DNA of 64,000 bases from Desulfatiglandales bacterium. GTDB lineage: Bacteria; Desulfobacterota; DSM-4660; Desulfatiglandales; HGW-15. The DNA is taken from assembly GCA_963667015.2 (NCBI GenBank), contig CAXXJJ010000004.1, positions 2,848,001 to 2,912,000 on the forward strand, read 5' to 3'. Positions 19,926-30,949 of the stretch are shown piece by piece (within the stretch, counting starts at the first letter, position 1; each line of letters starts with the position of its first letter). Made by a program: the position numbers and the translations under genes. The notes below the pieces were generated by a model. It saw only the letters and a list, made by a program, of their open reading frames with translations. It did not search any database and was not told the DNA's origin.

Positions 19926-19947
19926 TGCTGTATCTCCTTTTTGAAAT

Positions 19948-20274
19948 CTAGGGTGTAATAAGGAATACCAGCACTTCAGCCGGTTTACCGTTGTTAATGG
20001 TCATTTCGCGTTCTTCATTGGCTTCGATAAAGATAACATCGCCCTTATTCAGTACATGAGTCTCGTCCTTACCCTTTACCGTTATTGATCCTTTTACAAC
20101 ATAATAGATCTTTTCTGTCGGAGAGCCTGACATCTCTGCCCCGCCGTTTGGTTGAAAATAGGAATAAAAAACCTTTACCCGTTCGGATTCCTTTACAAAC
20201 TTCTGCAGCCCATAAACACCAAAATGCTTTGGTGCCTCATAGGGTGTTCCTGTGGCATCTTTAACTGTTTTCAT
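19948..20274 (-). CDS. Cupin domain protein
   Basis: EKIYYVVKGSITV...LNKGDVIFI cupin barrel. Confidence 0.85.
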   Translation of the reverse strand: MKTVKDATGTPYEAPKHFGVYGLQKFVKESERVKVFYSYFQPNGGAEMSGSPTEKIYYVVKGSITVKGKDETHVLNKGDVIFIEANEEREMTINNGKPAEVLVFLITP

Positions 20275-20327
20275 TTTATTCTCCTTACTTTTCTATTAAA
20301 TTTATAAGGCAATTAGTGTTATCTGCC

Positions 20328-22277
20328 TTATATGTCAGAATATAACTGCTCATAAAAATCCAGACTGTTCGGATTTGACAGGGCATCCCTGTTAGTAACC
20401 GGTCGTCCGTTCATAATATTTGTAACCGCGCTTTCCACCTTTTTGCCGCTGAAGGTATATGGTATATCGTCAACCGCAAATATCATAGCCGGTACATGGC
20501 GCGGGGAAGCCTTGGTACGCAAGCTGGTTTTTATCTTCTTTTCCACTTCGTCCGTCAATTCAAAACCGGGCGTGAGTCTGACAAAAAGTAGAATGCGCTG
20601 ATCATTCTCAAGATTTTGGCCTATGGCCAGGAAATCTTCCACTTCATCCAGAGCCTCAAGTACATTATATATTTCGGCGGTTCCAATGCGTACTCCCGAA
20701 GGTTTCAAAATTGCATCAGAACGTCCGAAGAATGTTACACCCTTTGTATCGCTGTAAAACTCTATATAATCGCCATGCCTCCATATTCCGGGGTATACTC
20801 CGAAATATGCCCCGTTATATCTTGCTCCTTCAGGATCATCTATAAATCCGATCGGCATGGATGGTGCCGGTGCCTCACAAACCAGCTCACCCTGCTCATC
20901 ATAAATATGATTCCCCTTTTCATCATAGGACTTTATCTTCATTCCAAGTCCTGGTGACTGGAGCTGACCGGCATAGACCGGAAGGACAGGTGAGCCTATT
21001 ACGAAACAGCCGTTGATATCTGTTCCGCCGGATAATGAATTCAGCAGGACATCACTTTTTATTGCATCATACACAAACCTGTAACCGTCAGCGGACAGGG
21101 CTGAACCTGTCTGGCCAATGGTCTTGATCGATGAAAGATCAAAAAGATCCTTTGGCCTGTAATTCTGATTTTTTAAAAGGTGGATATAAGTGGCACTTGT
21201 TCCAAAAAAGGTAATCTGTTCATCGTCCACCAGTTTCCACATGGTACCAAGGTCAGGATATCCCGGATTGCCGTCAAATATAACTACTTTACAGCCCACT
21301 GCCAGAGAACTTATTAGCCAGTTCCACATCATCCAGCTGGGAGCAGTCATGTAAAGTATGGCATCCTCTCTATTCAGGTCCCCGTGTATGATCAGTTCTT
21401 TTAAGTGATTTATAAGTATTCCGCCGACACTCTGGATCATACATTTTGGTTTCCCCGTTGTTCCGGATGAAAACATGATATAGAGAGGGTCGTTAAAGTC
21501 CATCTGCTCAAAAACCAGCTCATCATTTCCTGATGATATAAAGTCGGTGTAAAGAACAGCATTTGGAATATCACCTATATCCGGGTTATCGCTGATATAG
21601 GGTATAACAACCACCCTCTCAATAGAGGGGACCGCTTCCACCACTGCCTTCACATCCTTAAGCAAAGGGAATGGTTTATTTTTATACTGGTATCCGTCTA
21701 TGGTGAAGAGTACCTTTGGCTTGATCTGGCTGAATCGATCGATCACCGCCTGCATGCCAAGCTCCGAACCGCAGGATGCCCATGTCGCCCCGATACTGGT
21801 TGAGGCGAGCATGGCGATTACGGTCTCACTTATGTTAGGCATATAGGCTACAACCCTGTCATCCTTCGTAATACCCTCATTTCGTAAAGAGGCAGCAAGA
21901 CCGGCTACAGCTTTATACAGCTCTTCGTAGCTGATTGAAACAGGATCATCTGTTTCTCTTTTAAACAGAATTGCCGTCCTGCTGTCCCGGTATCGAAGGA
22001 GATTTTCGGCAAAATTAAGTCTTGCCCCCGGAAACCATCTTGCGCCGGGGAATTTATTTAAGTCATCAATGACTTTCTCATATTTTGCCGAAGCTTTGAT
22101 ATTTACAAAATTCCAGACCATTTCCCAAAAATCAGGAATATTGCTTACAGACCAGTCATAGAGTTCAAAATAATCTGAAAAGCTCTTGTTATGCTTTTCG
22201 TTTACAGCCGACATGAACCGCGTCATGTTGGCTTCCCGTATTCTCTCTTCTGAAGGTATCCAAAGCGGTTGCACCAT
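20328..22277 (-). CDS. Acetoacetate--CoA ligase
   Basis: WFPGARLNFAENLL, MFSSGTTGKPKC, SGGTDI, WRHGD, GVRIGTAEIY, SPRHVP. Confidence 0.92.
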   Translation of the reverse strand: MVQPLWIPSEERIREANMTRFMSAVNEKHNKSFSDYFELYDWSVSNIPDFWEMVWNFVNIKASAKYEKVIDDLNKFPGARWFPGARLNFAENLLRYRDSRTAILFKRETDDPVSISYEELYKAVAGLAASLRNEGITKDDRVVAYMPNISETVIAMLASTSIGATWASCGSELGMQAVIDRFSQIKPKVLFTIDGYQYKNKPFPLLKDVKAVVEAVPSIERVVVIPYISDNPDIGDIPNAVLYTDFISSGNDELVFEQMDFNDPLYIMFSSGTTGKPKCMIQSVGGILINHLKELIIHGDLNREDAILYMTAPSWMMWNWLISSLAVGCKVVIFDGNPGYPDLGTMWKLVDDEQITFFGTSATYIHLLKNQNYRPKDLFDLSSIKTIGQTGSALSADGYRFVYDAIKSDVLLNSLSGGTDINGCFVIGSPVLPVYAGQLQSPGLGMKIKSYDEKGNHIYDEQGELVCEAPAPSMPIGFIDDPEGARYNGAYFGVYPGIWRHGDYIEFYSDTKGVTFFGRSDAILKPSGVRIGTAEIYNVLEALDEVEDFLAIGQNLENDQRILLFVRLTPGFELTDEVEKKIKTSLRTKASPRHVPAMIFAVDDIPYTFSGKKVESAVTNIMNGRPVTNRDALSNPNSLDFYEQLYSDI

Positions 22278-22297
22278 GTACTCTCCTTTTTAAATAG

Positions 22298-23131
22298 TTA
22301 ATTACATGTCAATAAAACCTCTCCTATATTTTTATCGGTGTCTGTTTTGACATCGATAGTCTGAGTTTTATAACCGTCAAGCTCAACGGTAATCTTGAAG
22401 CACTTGTCAGCCTCAAGGCCCTTGAACTCAAAATCCCCAAAGAAGTCTGTTGTGGTGGTAAGCTCACCATTGTCACACGCAAGCGTTACCCGGGCATCCT
22501 TTGCACATTCCTGACTGTCAGCAAAGACAACCTCTCCGGCTATCAGCCTGCCCGGAAGATTCCTGTATACTACATTAGGCCTGAGACCATATGCAGGATT
22601 AAGCTCCTGGGTTGATGCAGAGGCCATGTTCTTTGAGATCTCGCTCGCTGGATCATCAAGATCTCCAAACATAAGGGCTCCACTGGGACATGCCTCAACA
22701 CACCTGGGCTCCTTTGCCCCGTTCTCAAGAAGATGTACACAGAAGTTACACTTCTGGGCAACATCTGCTGCCTCGTTATAGGAGATTACCCTGTGAGGAC
22801 AGTAGCTTACTATCTCTCTCTTACCCTTTGCCTTCTCAGGATCTATTACCACTATACCGTCAGGGCGCCTGTAGACCTCTCCGTTTGTTGCCATCTTCAC
22901 ACACTGTGCGTCCTGGCACTGGAAACAGGGCTGGGGTACATAGTCTACCTTAACCTTCGGACACTTGCCCATCTCCTTCTCGGTCATTTTCATAAACGGT
23001 CTTGCATTATTGGGCAGTGCTACTGAGTAAGGAAGATAATCATTACCTGCAAATTCATCCTTACATGCCAGAAAGCAGTTATAGCAGCCGTTACACTTGT
23101 TTATATCTATTACCATTCCATATCTGGCCAT
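22298..23131 (-). CDS. bthL: Transhydroxylase-like beta subunit, copy 2
   Basis: Identical to 4340-5173 except K->R and the C-terminal IACN->LTCN. Confidence 0.85.
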   Translation of the reverse strand: MARYGMVIDINKCNGCYNCFLACKDEFAGNDYLPYSVALPNNARPFMKMTEKEMGKCPKVKVDYVPQPCFQCQDAQCVKMATNGEVYRRPDGIVVIDPEKAKGKREIVSYCPHRVISYNEAADVAQKCNFCVHLLENGAKEPRCVEACPSGALMFGDLDDPASEISKNMASASTQELNPAYGLRPNVVYRNLPGRLIAGEVVFADSQECAKDARVTLACDNGELTTTTDFFGDFEFKGLEADKCFKITVELDGYKTQTIDVKTDTDKNIGEVLLTCN

Positions 23132-25691
23132 TTTATTAACCCTCCCATTTTCCAATTTCTATAAGACATGAGTTGGGGGTCATGCCCGGTACGTTTTTAG
23201 ACATCATCGTGGATGATGTGAGGATATTTATACATCCTCCCCTGTCTACTGAGCCTGGTTTGCCAGGTTCCAGCGGATCATAGGTTGCTGCCGACCCGTA
23301 GCTGTGAACAGTTCCAGGGGGCACCCTCTCTGACAGTACCGCTATACACAGAACCGTTCCACGGTCATTGTAAAGCTTTACTATATCATTGTTGCTGATA
23401 TCACGCGGTGCAGCATCAACCGGATTGATCCTTACCGGCCAGTAAGGATAATCATCCTTTACTATGCGGTGGGTCGGGATATCATTCAGCCAGTCTGTGT
23501 GCTTGTCATACTGGGTATGAAAGGTAAACCTTGGATGGGGGCTTATTATCATGAGAGGATATTTATCTCTGATTGCGCTCTTGTGACCTTCCCAGGATTC
23601 AATATAATGTGGAACAACCGGTCTTTCATTGTCGTCCGGGGTGTTCTTACGCAGGCTCTCTGATGCAAACTCTATCTTTCCAGTGTAGGTGGAGAGCTCA
23701 CTGGCATTATCCTTACCCCTTTTCGGGTTCATTGAGTCAGGCGTGTCACAGGCACGGCCTTCTGCGAACCAGCGCAATGCAGGGGTGGGTTTGTAATCTT
23801 CCCCGGGGCTTATTACTATATAACCCTTCTTGTCAAACTCTTCCCAACTCATAATCTTGGGAAGGTCTGATATCTCGTAATAGGCCTTGCACCAGTCCAT
23901 ATCCGTTCTTCCGCCGTCTGTGTAAAGATCCTTCATGCCCAGTTTATCAGCAAGGAGTGTAAGAATCTCATAGTCGGGTTTTGATTCCCACAGGGGATCA
24001 ATAGCCTTCTGCTGACGTACTATTATCCTGTAGTTACATCCGTTGTTCCCGTGGTTGCTGTATCCGCCTGCGGCTCCCCATTCTCCCCAGTCATCCCTTT
24101 CAAGGGCCGTACAGGCAGGGAAGATGATGTCTGCAAAGTTGGTTTCACTGCAGTACCAGCAGTCCTGGTTTACCACAAACTCTAACTTAGGGCTCTGATA
24201 CATTTTTACCCATTTGTTTGTATCGCTCATGGTGCCTATAAAACTTCCGCCGTAGCGGTAGAACATTTTAATCTCAGGGTAGCCTTCCATGGGATATGTA
24301 AATTTCTGGAACTGCTGTTCCAGGGACTGTCCGCAGAAGCCTGCTCCTGTCCAGCTGAGTTCGGAGTTCAATATGGCATCCGGAAGGGTCAGTCTGTAGA
24401 GTCTCTGCTGTGTCGGGTTGGTGATCTTGGTTCTGGCTGCCCTTGTTATGGCCATTCTGGTGTCAAGGTCTGCGTATCCGGGCACATAAAAGCTGGTATC
24501 AGCCGGACATCCCATTGCGGTTCCCCATATGGTGTTTCCTGCCTTGCCAAGTCCCTGCATGGCCTGAAGGAGAACCATCAGTCTTGCCCATTCTGTTCCG
24601 TAGGCTGTTCTGCATGCGCCACCCTCGCCGCCTCTGGTTCCTGCTGCAAGAACGGTATTTTTTGCTGCCCATTCTCTTGCCAGTGCCCTGATTCTTCGGG
24701 CAGGTATACCTGATTCCTCTGCTGCCCATTCGGGTGTCTTGGGTACTCCGTCTTCTTCTCCCATTACGTATTTTTTGAACTCGTCAAATCCTGAGGTCCT
24801 GTTTTCTACATAGTCCTTGTCGTAGGTGTCTTCTTCGATCCAGGTAAAGGCTATTGCAAGTGCAAGGGCTGCGTTTGAGTCGGGATTGAGCGGGAACCAT
24901 GTTCCGTCCATATGAGCGGCTGTGTAGTTAAAATAAGGATCAAGGAATACCATCTTTACTCCCTTTTCCTTCAGCCACTGTCTCCATATTACCGAATCCT
25001 GGCCGCAGTAGATTGCCCTTGTTGTATCGGGGTCGTTGGACCAGAAGACGATCATCTCTGCGTTTTTCATGGAGTCTTCAAGAAGGTCGTACTGTTCCGG
25101 CATGCCAAGGCGCCAGAAAAATCCCCAGGCATGGGTGGCTCCCCAGTGCCAGCCTTCCCAGCTGTCGGGGTTGTCAAGTACAGGGGTGTACTCCAGCATG
25201 TCCATAAATCTCGGGAACGGTCCCATTTTGTATCCAACTATACCCCAGTTATGGTGAGATGAGGTCAAGCCGGTAATTGCCGCTCCGCCGTGCTCTTCCC
25301 TGATTCTTTTGATCTCATTCGCTGTAATATCTAATGCTTCTTCCAGCTTATTCTTTCGTATCCTGATTTGCCTCTGTTCTGAGGATTTCTTTCTCCGTTC
25401 GGATCAAAGTCCACCCTTTTCATGGGATATTTGATCCTATCTGCTGAGTACAGTCTTGTTCTTTCTGCATGTACAAACGGCGCCAGGTTCGCCTTCAGCG
25501 GCGGTGAATACTGCTTTCCATCTGCCTCTATTGTCCATGGCCTGAAATCCTTCTCATCCATGATCAGAGGTCGTACCCTTGTAACCTTTCCGTCTTTTAC
25601 GGTTACCGATATAGGGCCCTCATTCGTTAAACTCGAATATACCTTTTCCATATCTCTTCCTTTCAAATATTCCTTTTTTTTATCGTAAATC
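22313..25691 (-). repeat. 3.38-kb inverted repeat, arm 2
   Basis: Reverse complement of 1779-5158, one base shorter. Confidence 0.97.
23136..25651 (-). pseudogene. athL: Transhydroxylase-like alpha subunit, copy 2, frameshifted (or homopolymer sequencing error)
   Basis: GGG->GG at 25343-25344 versus copy 1 (AGCTGGGAAGAAG vs AGCTGGAAGAAG) splits it into ORFs 25331-25651 and 23136-25268. Confidence 0.8.
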
Positions 25692-25716
25692 TCTAATAAT
25701 ACGTCTTTTGTCAATA
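25686..25716 (-). promoter_or_regulatory. Promoter-like motif of copy 2
   Basis: TATTGACAAAAGACGTATTATTAGAGATTTA on minus strand; homologous to 1512-1542. Confidence 0.6.
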
Positions 25717-26029
25717 ATAAATCATATAATTAATTTTATTAATATATCCTATTTCATATATTTACATACATAAAAACCCGTATTATAAAAAAAGTGTATT
25801 AAAAATCATAATAACACTTTAAAAATAACAGGCTTTAGTTCTGGTTACAACACTAAAATTTGAAAAAGGGCCTATTTTATCTTGACACTGCCGGCTAACC
25901 TCTCTATATTAAAGCTTTTTCTGGAAAAGCGTCAAATTAAAATTTGACTTTTATGAATCATATGAAAAAGAAATTAATTCTATTTTTTTTACATATATAA
26001 ATGAAAAAATATTATCTCGGAGGACAATT

Positions 26030-28132
26030 GTGGCAAATAACAAATACGAAAAACTATTTTCACCTTATCATATAGGTAAGGTCCAATTAAAGAACAGGTT
26101 TGTAAAAACAGCAGCCCAGACATATTTCTTTGATTCAGGGGAAAATCGTGTCGGCGATATAGCAAAGGCATTCTATGGTGCTGTGGCAAAAGGCGGTGTT
26201 GGTCTTATTATAACTGAAACCCCTGCAATGGAATGGCCTCTCCTTGAAGACGGCGACCGCAGATTCAGGGTTGATAATGATAAATATATCCCGCAAATAA
26301 AAGAATTGACCGACCTGGTTCACAGCCATGGCGCTAAAATATTTACACAATTCTACCATCGCGGCCCATGGGGGGAGGTATATCAGTTCATAGCCCCAAG
26401 AATCGCTGCTTCTGAAGTACAATTTACATCGCCATATGATGTTCACGAAGAGACTCCCCCACATGCATTAACCGTTGAAGAGATAGAATGGTGGGTCGAT
26501 CATTTTGCTAGCTGCGCAGTACGTGTTCAGAAGGCCGGTTATGACGGGCTTGAAATAAATGCAGGTGCTGACCACCTTTTTCACTCTTTTATTTCCCGGT
26601 TCTGGAACAGGCGTGATGACGAATACGGCCCCCAGACAATGGAAAACAGGATGAGATTCGTTTTAAACGTTATCAAAGAGATCAAAAAACGCTGCGGTGA
26701 AGACTGGCCAGTACAGGTACTCATGAATGCCTATGAATTCGGTGCAGGCGAGCTTGGATTAACTGCAGAAGAAGGTATTCAGATTGCTAAAATGTATGAA
26801 GCAGCAGGTGTTGATTCACTTCATGTAAGAAACCATCTTCACGGACACCATCAGGGATCTTACCTTCACAATCTACTCTGGTATCCGGAACTTTGCATAC
26901 CCGAAGAGGAGTTGTGTGAGGAAATGGACTGGAGCAAACACGGTGACCTGATAAATGTACCGTCTGCTGCCAGGGTAAAAAAACATGTTACCAAACCGAC
27001 TATCATGGTTCCTTCAGGATTCACTGCTGACTATGCCGAAATGGTCCTCCAGAGGGGTGATGCTGACATAATAGGTTTTAACCGGCGTCTGTTTGCAGAT
27101 CCCATGTACCCGACCAAGATCAGGGAAGGCCGACCGGAAGACATTCAGCCATGTACCCATTGTTGTAATTGTGCAAAATTATACAATGAAGTGAGACAAT
27201 GCCGTATAAACTCCGCCTTCGGTACAACCAAATATGAAGTTGACAAAGCTGAGAAAAAGAAAAAGGTAATAGTTGTTGGTGGAGGACCTGCCGGAATGCA
27301 GACAGCCAGGGTCTGTGCCATGAGAGGCCACGATGTTACACTATATGAAATGGGGCATTATCTTGGCGGAAATATGAAAATGGCAGCAACAATAAAAGGC
27401 ACCACCCTTGAAGATATCCCCCAGATCATAGAATTCTTCAAGACCCAGCTTAAAAAATTGAACGTCAAAGTCAATATGGTTAAAAAACTTGACGCGGACA
27501 TGATTGTTAAAGAAAATCCGGATGCTGTGGTTGTAGCTGCTGGAGCAGTACCTACATATCCTGATGTTCCCGGACTCGACAGCCCCAATGTAGTTAAATC
27601 AACCGTCCTCTATAATATGCTGACAACAGCTCTCAGATTCTTCAGTCCAAAATTCTTACATGATTTCAGCAAATTCAGAATTCCTGCCGGTTGGAATCCA
27701 TTTAAAACCATCGGTAAAAGGGTTGTTGTAATTGGCGGCGCCATTCACGGGTGTCAGCTTGGTGAATTTATGGCCAAAAGAGGACGACAGGTTACTATTG
27801 TTGAACCCGATGAAGAGAATGTCGGAAGGCTTCTTACACCCGAATATAAAACCCGCCTCTTCCTGTGGTTCAAGAAAAAGGGCGTTACAATATACTCAGG
27901 TGCTAAGCTGGTAGGTATCAACAAGGAAGGTTTAAAGATAATTACCAAAGAGGGCGAGGAAAAAATGCTTCCGGCTGACAGCATTCTTCCTGTCGGATTT
28001 GGAGCAAATACCGAGCTGTATGAATCACTCAAGGGCAAGGTTCCTGAGCTTTATGCAATCGGTGACTGTGATGATCCTGCAATCATTCCTGAAGCAACCG
28101 GCTCCGGCTGGAGAATAGGAAATCAGATTTAG
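26030..28132 (+). CDS. NADH:flavin oxidoreductase (old yellow enzyme TIM barrel + 4Fe-4S + FAD domain; 2,4-dienoyl-CoA/enoate reductase family)
   Basis: LKNRF, AGYDGLEIN, NRRDDEYG, CTHCCNC..C, VVGGGPAGM, AIGDC. Confidence 0.9.
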   Translation: MANNKYEKLFSPYHIGKVQLKNRFVKTAAQTYFFDSGENRVGDIAKAFYGAVAKGGVGLIITETPAMEWPLLEDGDRRFRVDNDKYIPQIKELTDLVHSHGAKIFTQFYHRGPWGEVYQFIAPRIAASEVQFTSPYDVHEETPPHALTVEEIEWWVDHFASCAVRVQKAGYDGLEINAGADHLFHSFISRFWNRRDDEYGPQTMENRMRFVLNVIKEIKKRCGEDWPVQVLMNAYEFGAGELGLTAEEGIQIAKMYEAAGVDSLHVRNHLHGHHQGSYLHNLLWYPELCIPEEELCEEMDWSKHGDLINVPSAARVKKHVTKPTIMVPSGFTADYAEMVLQRGDADIIGFNRRLFADPMYPTKIREGRPEDIQPCTHCCNCAKLYNEVRQCRINSAFGTTKYEVDKAEKKKKVIVVGGGPAGMQTARVCAMRGHDVTLYEMGHYLGGNMKMAATIKGTTLEDIPQIIEFFKTQLKKLNVKVNMVKKLDADMIVKENPDAVVVAAGAVPTYPDVPGLDSPNVVKSTVLYNMLTTALRFFSPKFLHDFSKFRIPAGWNPFKTIGKRVVVIGGAIHGCQLGEFMAKRGRQVTIVEPDEENVGRLLTPEYKTRLFLWFKKKGVTIYSGAKLVGINKEGLKIITKEGEEKMLPADSILPVGFGANTELYESLKGKVPELYAIGDCDDPAIIPEATGSGWRIGNQI

Positions 28133-28158
28133 GAACAATCATTAGTTAATTCTGATCC

Positions 28159-28192
28159 AAAGCCCCTGCAGTAAAAACTGCAGGGGCTTTTT
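28159..28192 (+). terminator. Rho-independent terminator
   Basis: AAAGCCCCTGCAGT/ACTGCAGGGGCTTT. Confidence 0.85.
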
Positions 28193-28224
28193 ATTTAGCA
28201 GGGCCACCATCGGGTTTTTATATT

Positions 28225-29373
28225 TTAGAATATCTTACCCTGCCAAAGATCGTTGATAAACTCCTGATAAGGCAGAATCAGAATACCGTCATCTGTTATT
28301 CTTCTGAATGGTTCAAGACAGATAAGAATTCTCGGGATGTTTGAGCCAATTTCTTCCTTGAGCTGCCTTAACCCTTTTAAATGATCTGATTTGATTTTTT
28401 GTGTTGATTTAACCTCGATGGCGATGCTGAAATCATCAATAATAAAATCAACCTCTATCCCGCTCGCCAATCTCCAGTAACTAATATCTGCATATGATTC
28501 GGAATATGCATTATAGGTCTTCAATTCATGATATACCCAGTTTTCAAAGGCTTTTCCGAACAGTTCCGAACCGGATTCAAGATGACCGCGTTTGCTTAAA
28601 AAATTTACAACGCCGACATCGGAAAAATAAAACTTGGGAGCCTGAATCGTACGCCTTTTCAATCTTTTCCGGTATGCGGGGACAAAAGAAGCCAAAAGCG
28701 TGTCTTCAAGGATTTCGAAATAGGATTTGACTGTCTTGCTGGAAACACCGCAGTCTCTGGATATAGTAGAAAAATTGACTATTTCTCCGTCAGATAGAGC
28801 AGCAGATGTTAAAAAATCCGCAAAGGACGGCAGATTACGAACAATTCCTTCTGCTGCTATTTCTTCCTTAAGATAATCAGACACATAACTGTTTATCATT
28901 CGGCGAGGATTCTTCGCGAGATAATGCCTGGGTAGATAGCCGTGATTAAGCATTCGTTCCAATTCGAATGCATCGGAAATCTCCGAAGCGCTTAATCCAT
29001 AAAACTCATAGCGGATTGCCCTGCCGCCTAATAGATTGGCACCTTCTCGTTTTAATTTACGAGCACTCGAACCGCATATAGCGAAATGTACTTCTGCATT
29101 CTCAATTAGCCAATGAATTTCATCCAGTAATTCCGGAACTTTTTGAATCTCATCTATTACAACATGTGTAATTGTAGGATCAGCCTGTACTATTTCTCTC
29201 AATCGGTTTGGAGCCTGCATAAACATACGAAATTGATCTGATTTCAATAAATCGATCCATAACGACTCATTAAACAATGATTTAAGCAAAGTTGATTTGC
29301 CTGATTGACGAGGCCCCCAAAGGAAAAAGGATTCCTTGTTTTTCGCCTGTATGTTCAATTTTCTTTTAAACAT
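28225..29373 (-). CDS. AAA_14 ATPase + DUF4143 protein
   Basis: GPRQSGKST, IDEIQK, GSSAR, PKFYFSDVG, EVDFII..IEVKS. Confidence 0.88.
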   Translation of the reverse strand: MFKRKLNIQAKNKESFFLWGPRQSGKSTLLKSLFNESLWIDLLKSDQFRMFMQAPNRLREIVQADPTITHVVIDEIQKVPELLDEIHWLIENAEVHFAICGSSARKLKREGANLLGGRAIRYEFYGLSASEISDAFELERMLNHGYLPRHYLAKNPRRMINSYVSDYLKEEIAAEGIVRNLPSFADFLTSAALSDGEIVNFSTISRDCGVSSKTVKSYFEILEDTLLASFVPAYRKRLKRRTIQAPKFYFSDVGVVNFLSKRGHLESGSELFGKAFENWVYHELKTYNAYSESYADISYWRLASGIEVDFIIDDFSIAIEVKSTQKIKSDHLKGLRQLKEEIGSNIPRILICLEPFRRITDDGILILPYQEFINDLWQGKIF

Positions 29374-29500
29374 AATTTCATATTATCATGATATTTTGAA
29401 GTACAATGTTAAATATAAGCACATTTTAGAGAGAGGAAAATATTTTGTCAAGATTAATAAACCCATTAATTCAATGAGTTCCGCAAAAAGAGACGGAGTC

Positions 29501-30949
29501 CTATTTTCTCCAGTATTCAGGAGTGAGTAATACAAGTACTGTATAAATCTCAAGCCTTCCGAGCAGCATGCAGAAGATTAAAATCCATTTACCCGCCATT
29601 GGAATGCCCATGTAGTTGTCTATGGGACCTACTACACCCAGACCGGGCCCGACATTAAATATACAGGCCGCAACTGAGGAAAAGGAGGATACCATATCCA
29701 GGCCAAGCAGTGCCATAAATATGGAAGCGGTTACAAAAAGTAAAAGATAAAGGGTAAAAAAACCCCAGATACTGTTAAGTGTTTCCTGCGGTACAGGCCT
29801 GCCGCCAAGCTTGATTGTTGTAACCGCATGAGGATGGACAATCCTGAAAATCTCCTGATACCCGTGCTTTAAAAGCAGCATTACACGCATGGTCTTCAGG
29901 CCTCCGCCTGTGGAACCGGCCATACCGCCAAGGAACATGCATATCAGGAGAACAGAACATGAAACGGTCGGCCACAGTTCAAAATCAGCCGTGGCAAACC
30001 CTGTTGTCGTAATAATGGAACTGACCTGAAAGGATGCATACCTGAAGGCGCTTGAAACAGTATCATAAACGGTCCCATAGATATCAAAGGTAACAATTGC
30101 AGTAATAACCAGAAACAGTATCAGAAACACCCGGCATTCCGGATCTCGCCAGAACACTTTTGGGCCATCACTGATTACCTTGAAATGCAGTGAAAAATTG
30201 ATGCCGGCCACCATCATAAAAACAACGATTACCGCATCAAAATAGGCGCTGTCATAGAAGGCAATACTTGCATTTTTAGGTGAAAATCCGCCTGTGGGCA
30301 TTGTGCAGAAGGCATGATTAATCGAATCATATAAAGACATACCCCCCAGTAAAAGTAATATTATCTCGAACGCGGTAATTATAAGGTAGACTTTCCAGAG
30401 GGTTTTAGAGGTGTCCGATATCCTTGGCTTTAATTTATCAACAACCGGACTGGGTATCTCCGCCCTGTATAACTGCATTCCGCCAACACCAAGAAAAGGC
30501 AGGATTGCTATGGACAGGACTATTATTCCCATTCCGCCAAGCCACTGGGTAAGGCTTCGCCAGAGAAGCACACCCTCGGATACACCTTCAATATTTGGTA
30601 AAACAGTCGCCCCTGTTGTTGTAAAACCTGATACGGCTTCAAAATAGGCGCCTGTAAAGTCAGGAATTGCACCGGAAATCAAAAAAGGAATTGCGCCGGC
30701 CAGCCCTGCGGCCATCCAGCCAAAGGTTACAATTGCCACACCGTCTCTATGGCTCAGGTGAACACCCCGGTTTCTTTTTGTAAAAAGGAACATTAACAGG
30801 CCGATGCCGATTGTAAGAGCCATTGACCATAAAAGCGCAGAGGTACTTCCGTCTGCATAAAGGTATGACACACCAAGAGGAAGGGCCATTGAAACGCCCA
30901 GAAATATGACAAGTATACCTGTAAATCTGATAACAGTGTTGGGATTCAT
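29501..30949 (-). CDS. trkH: Trk potassium uptake membrane subunit
   Basis: SGFTTTGAT, QWLGGMG, TGGFS, GSTGGGLK, GRLEI. Confidence 0.95.
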   Translation of the reverse strand: MNPNTVIRFTGILVIFLGVSMALPLGVSYLYADGSTSALLWSMALTIGIGLLMFLFTKRNRGVHLSHRDGVAIVTFGWMAAGLAGAIPFLISGAIPDFTGAYFEAVSGFTTTGATVLPNIEGVSEGVLLWRSLTQWLGGMGIIVLSIAILPFLGVGGMQLYRAEIPSPVVDKLKPRISDTSKTLWKVYLIITAFEIILLLLGGMSLYDSINHAFCTMPTGGFSPKNASIAFYDSAYFDAVIVVFMMVAGINFSLHFKVISDGPKVFWRDPECRVFLILFLVITAIVTFDIYGTVYDTVSSAFRYASFQVSSIITTTGFATADFELWPTVSCSVLLICMFLGGMAGSTGGGLKTMRVMLLLKHGYQEIFRIVHPHAVTTIKLGGRPVPQETLNSIWGFFTLYLLLFVTASIFMALLGLDMVSSFSSVAACIFNVGPGLGVVGPIDNYMGIPMAGKWILIFCMLLGRLEIYTVLVLLTPEYWRK

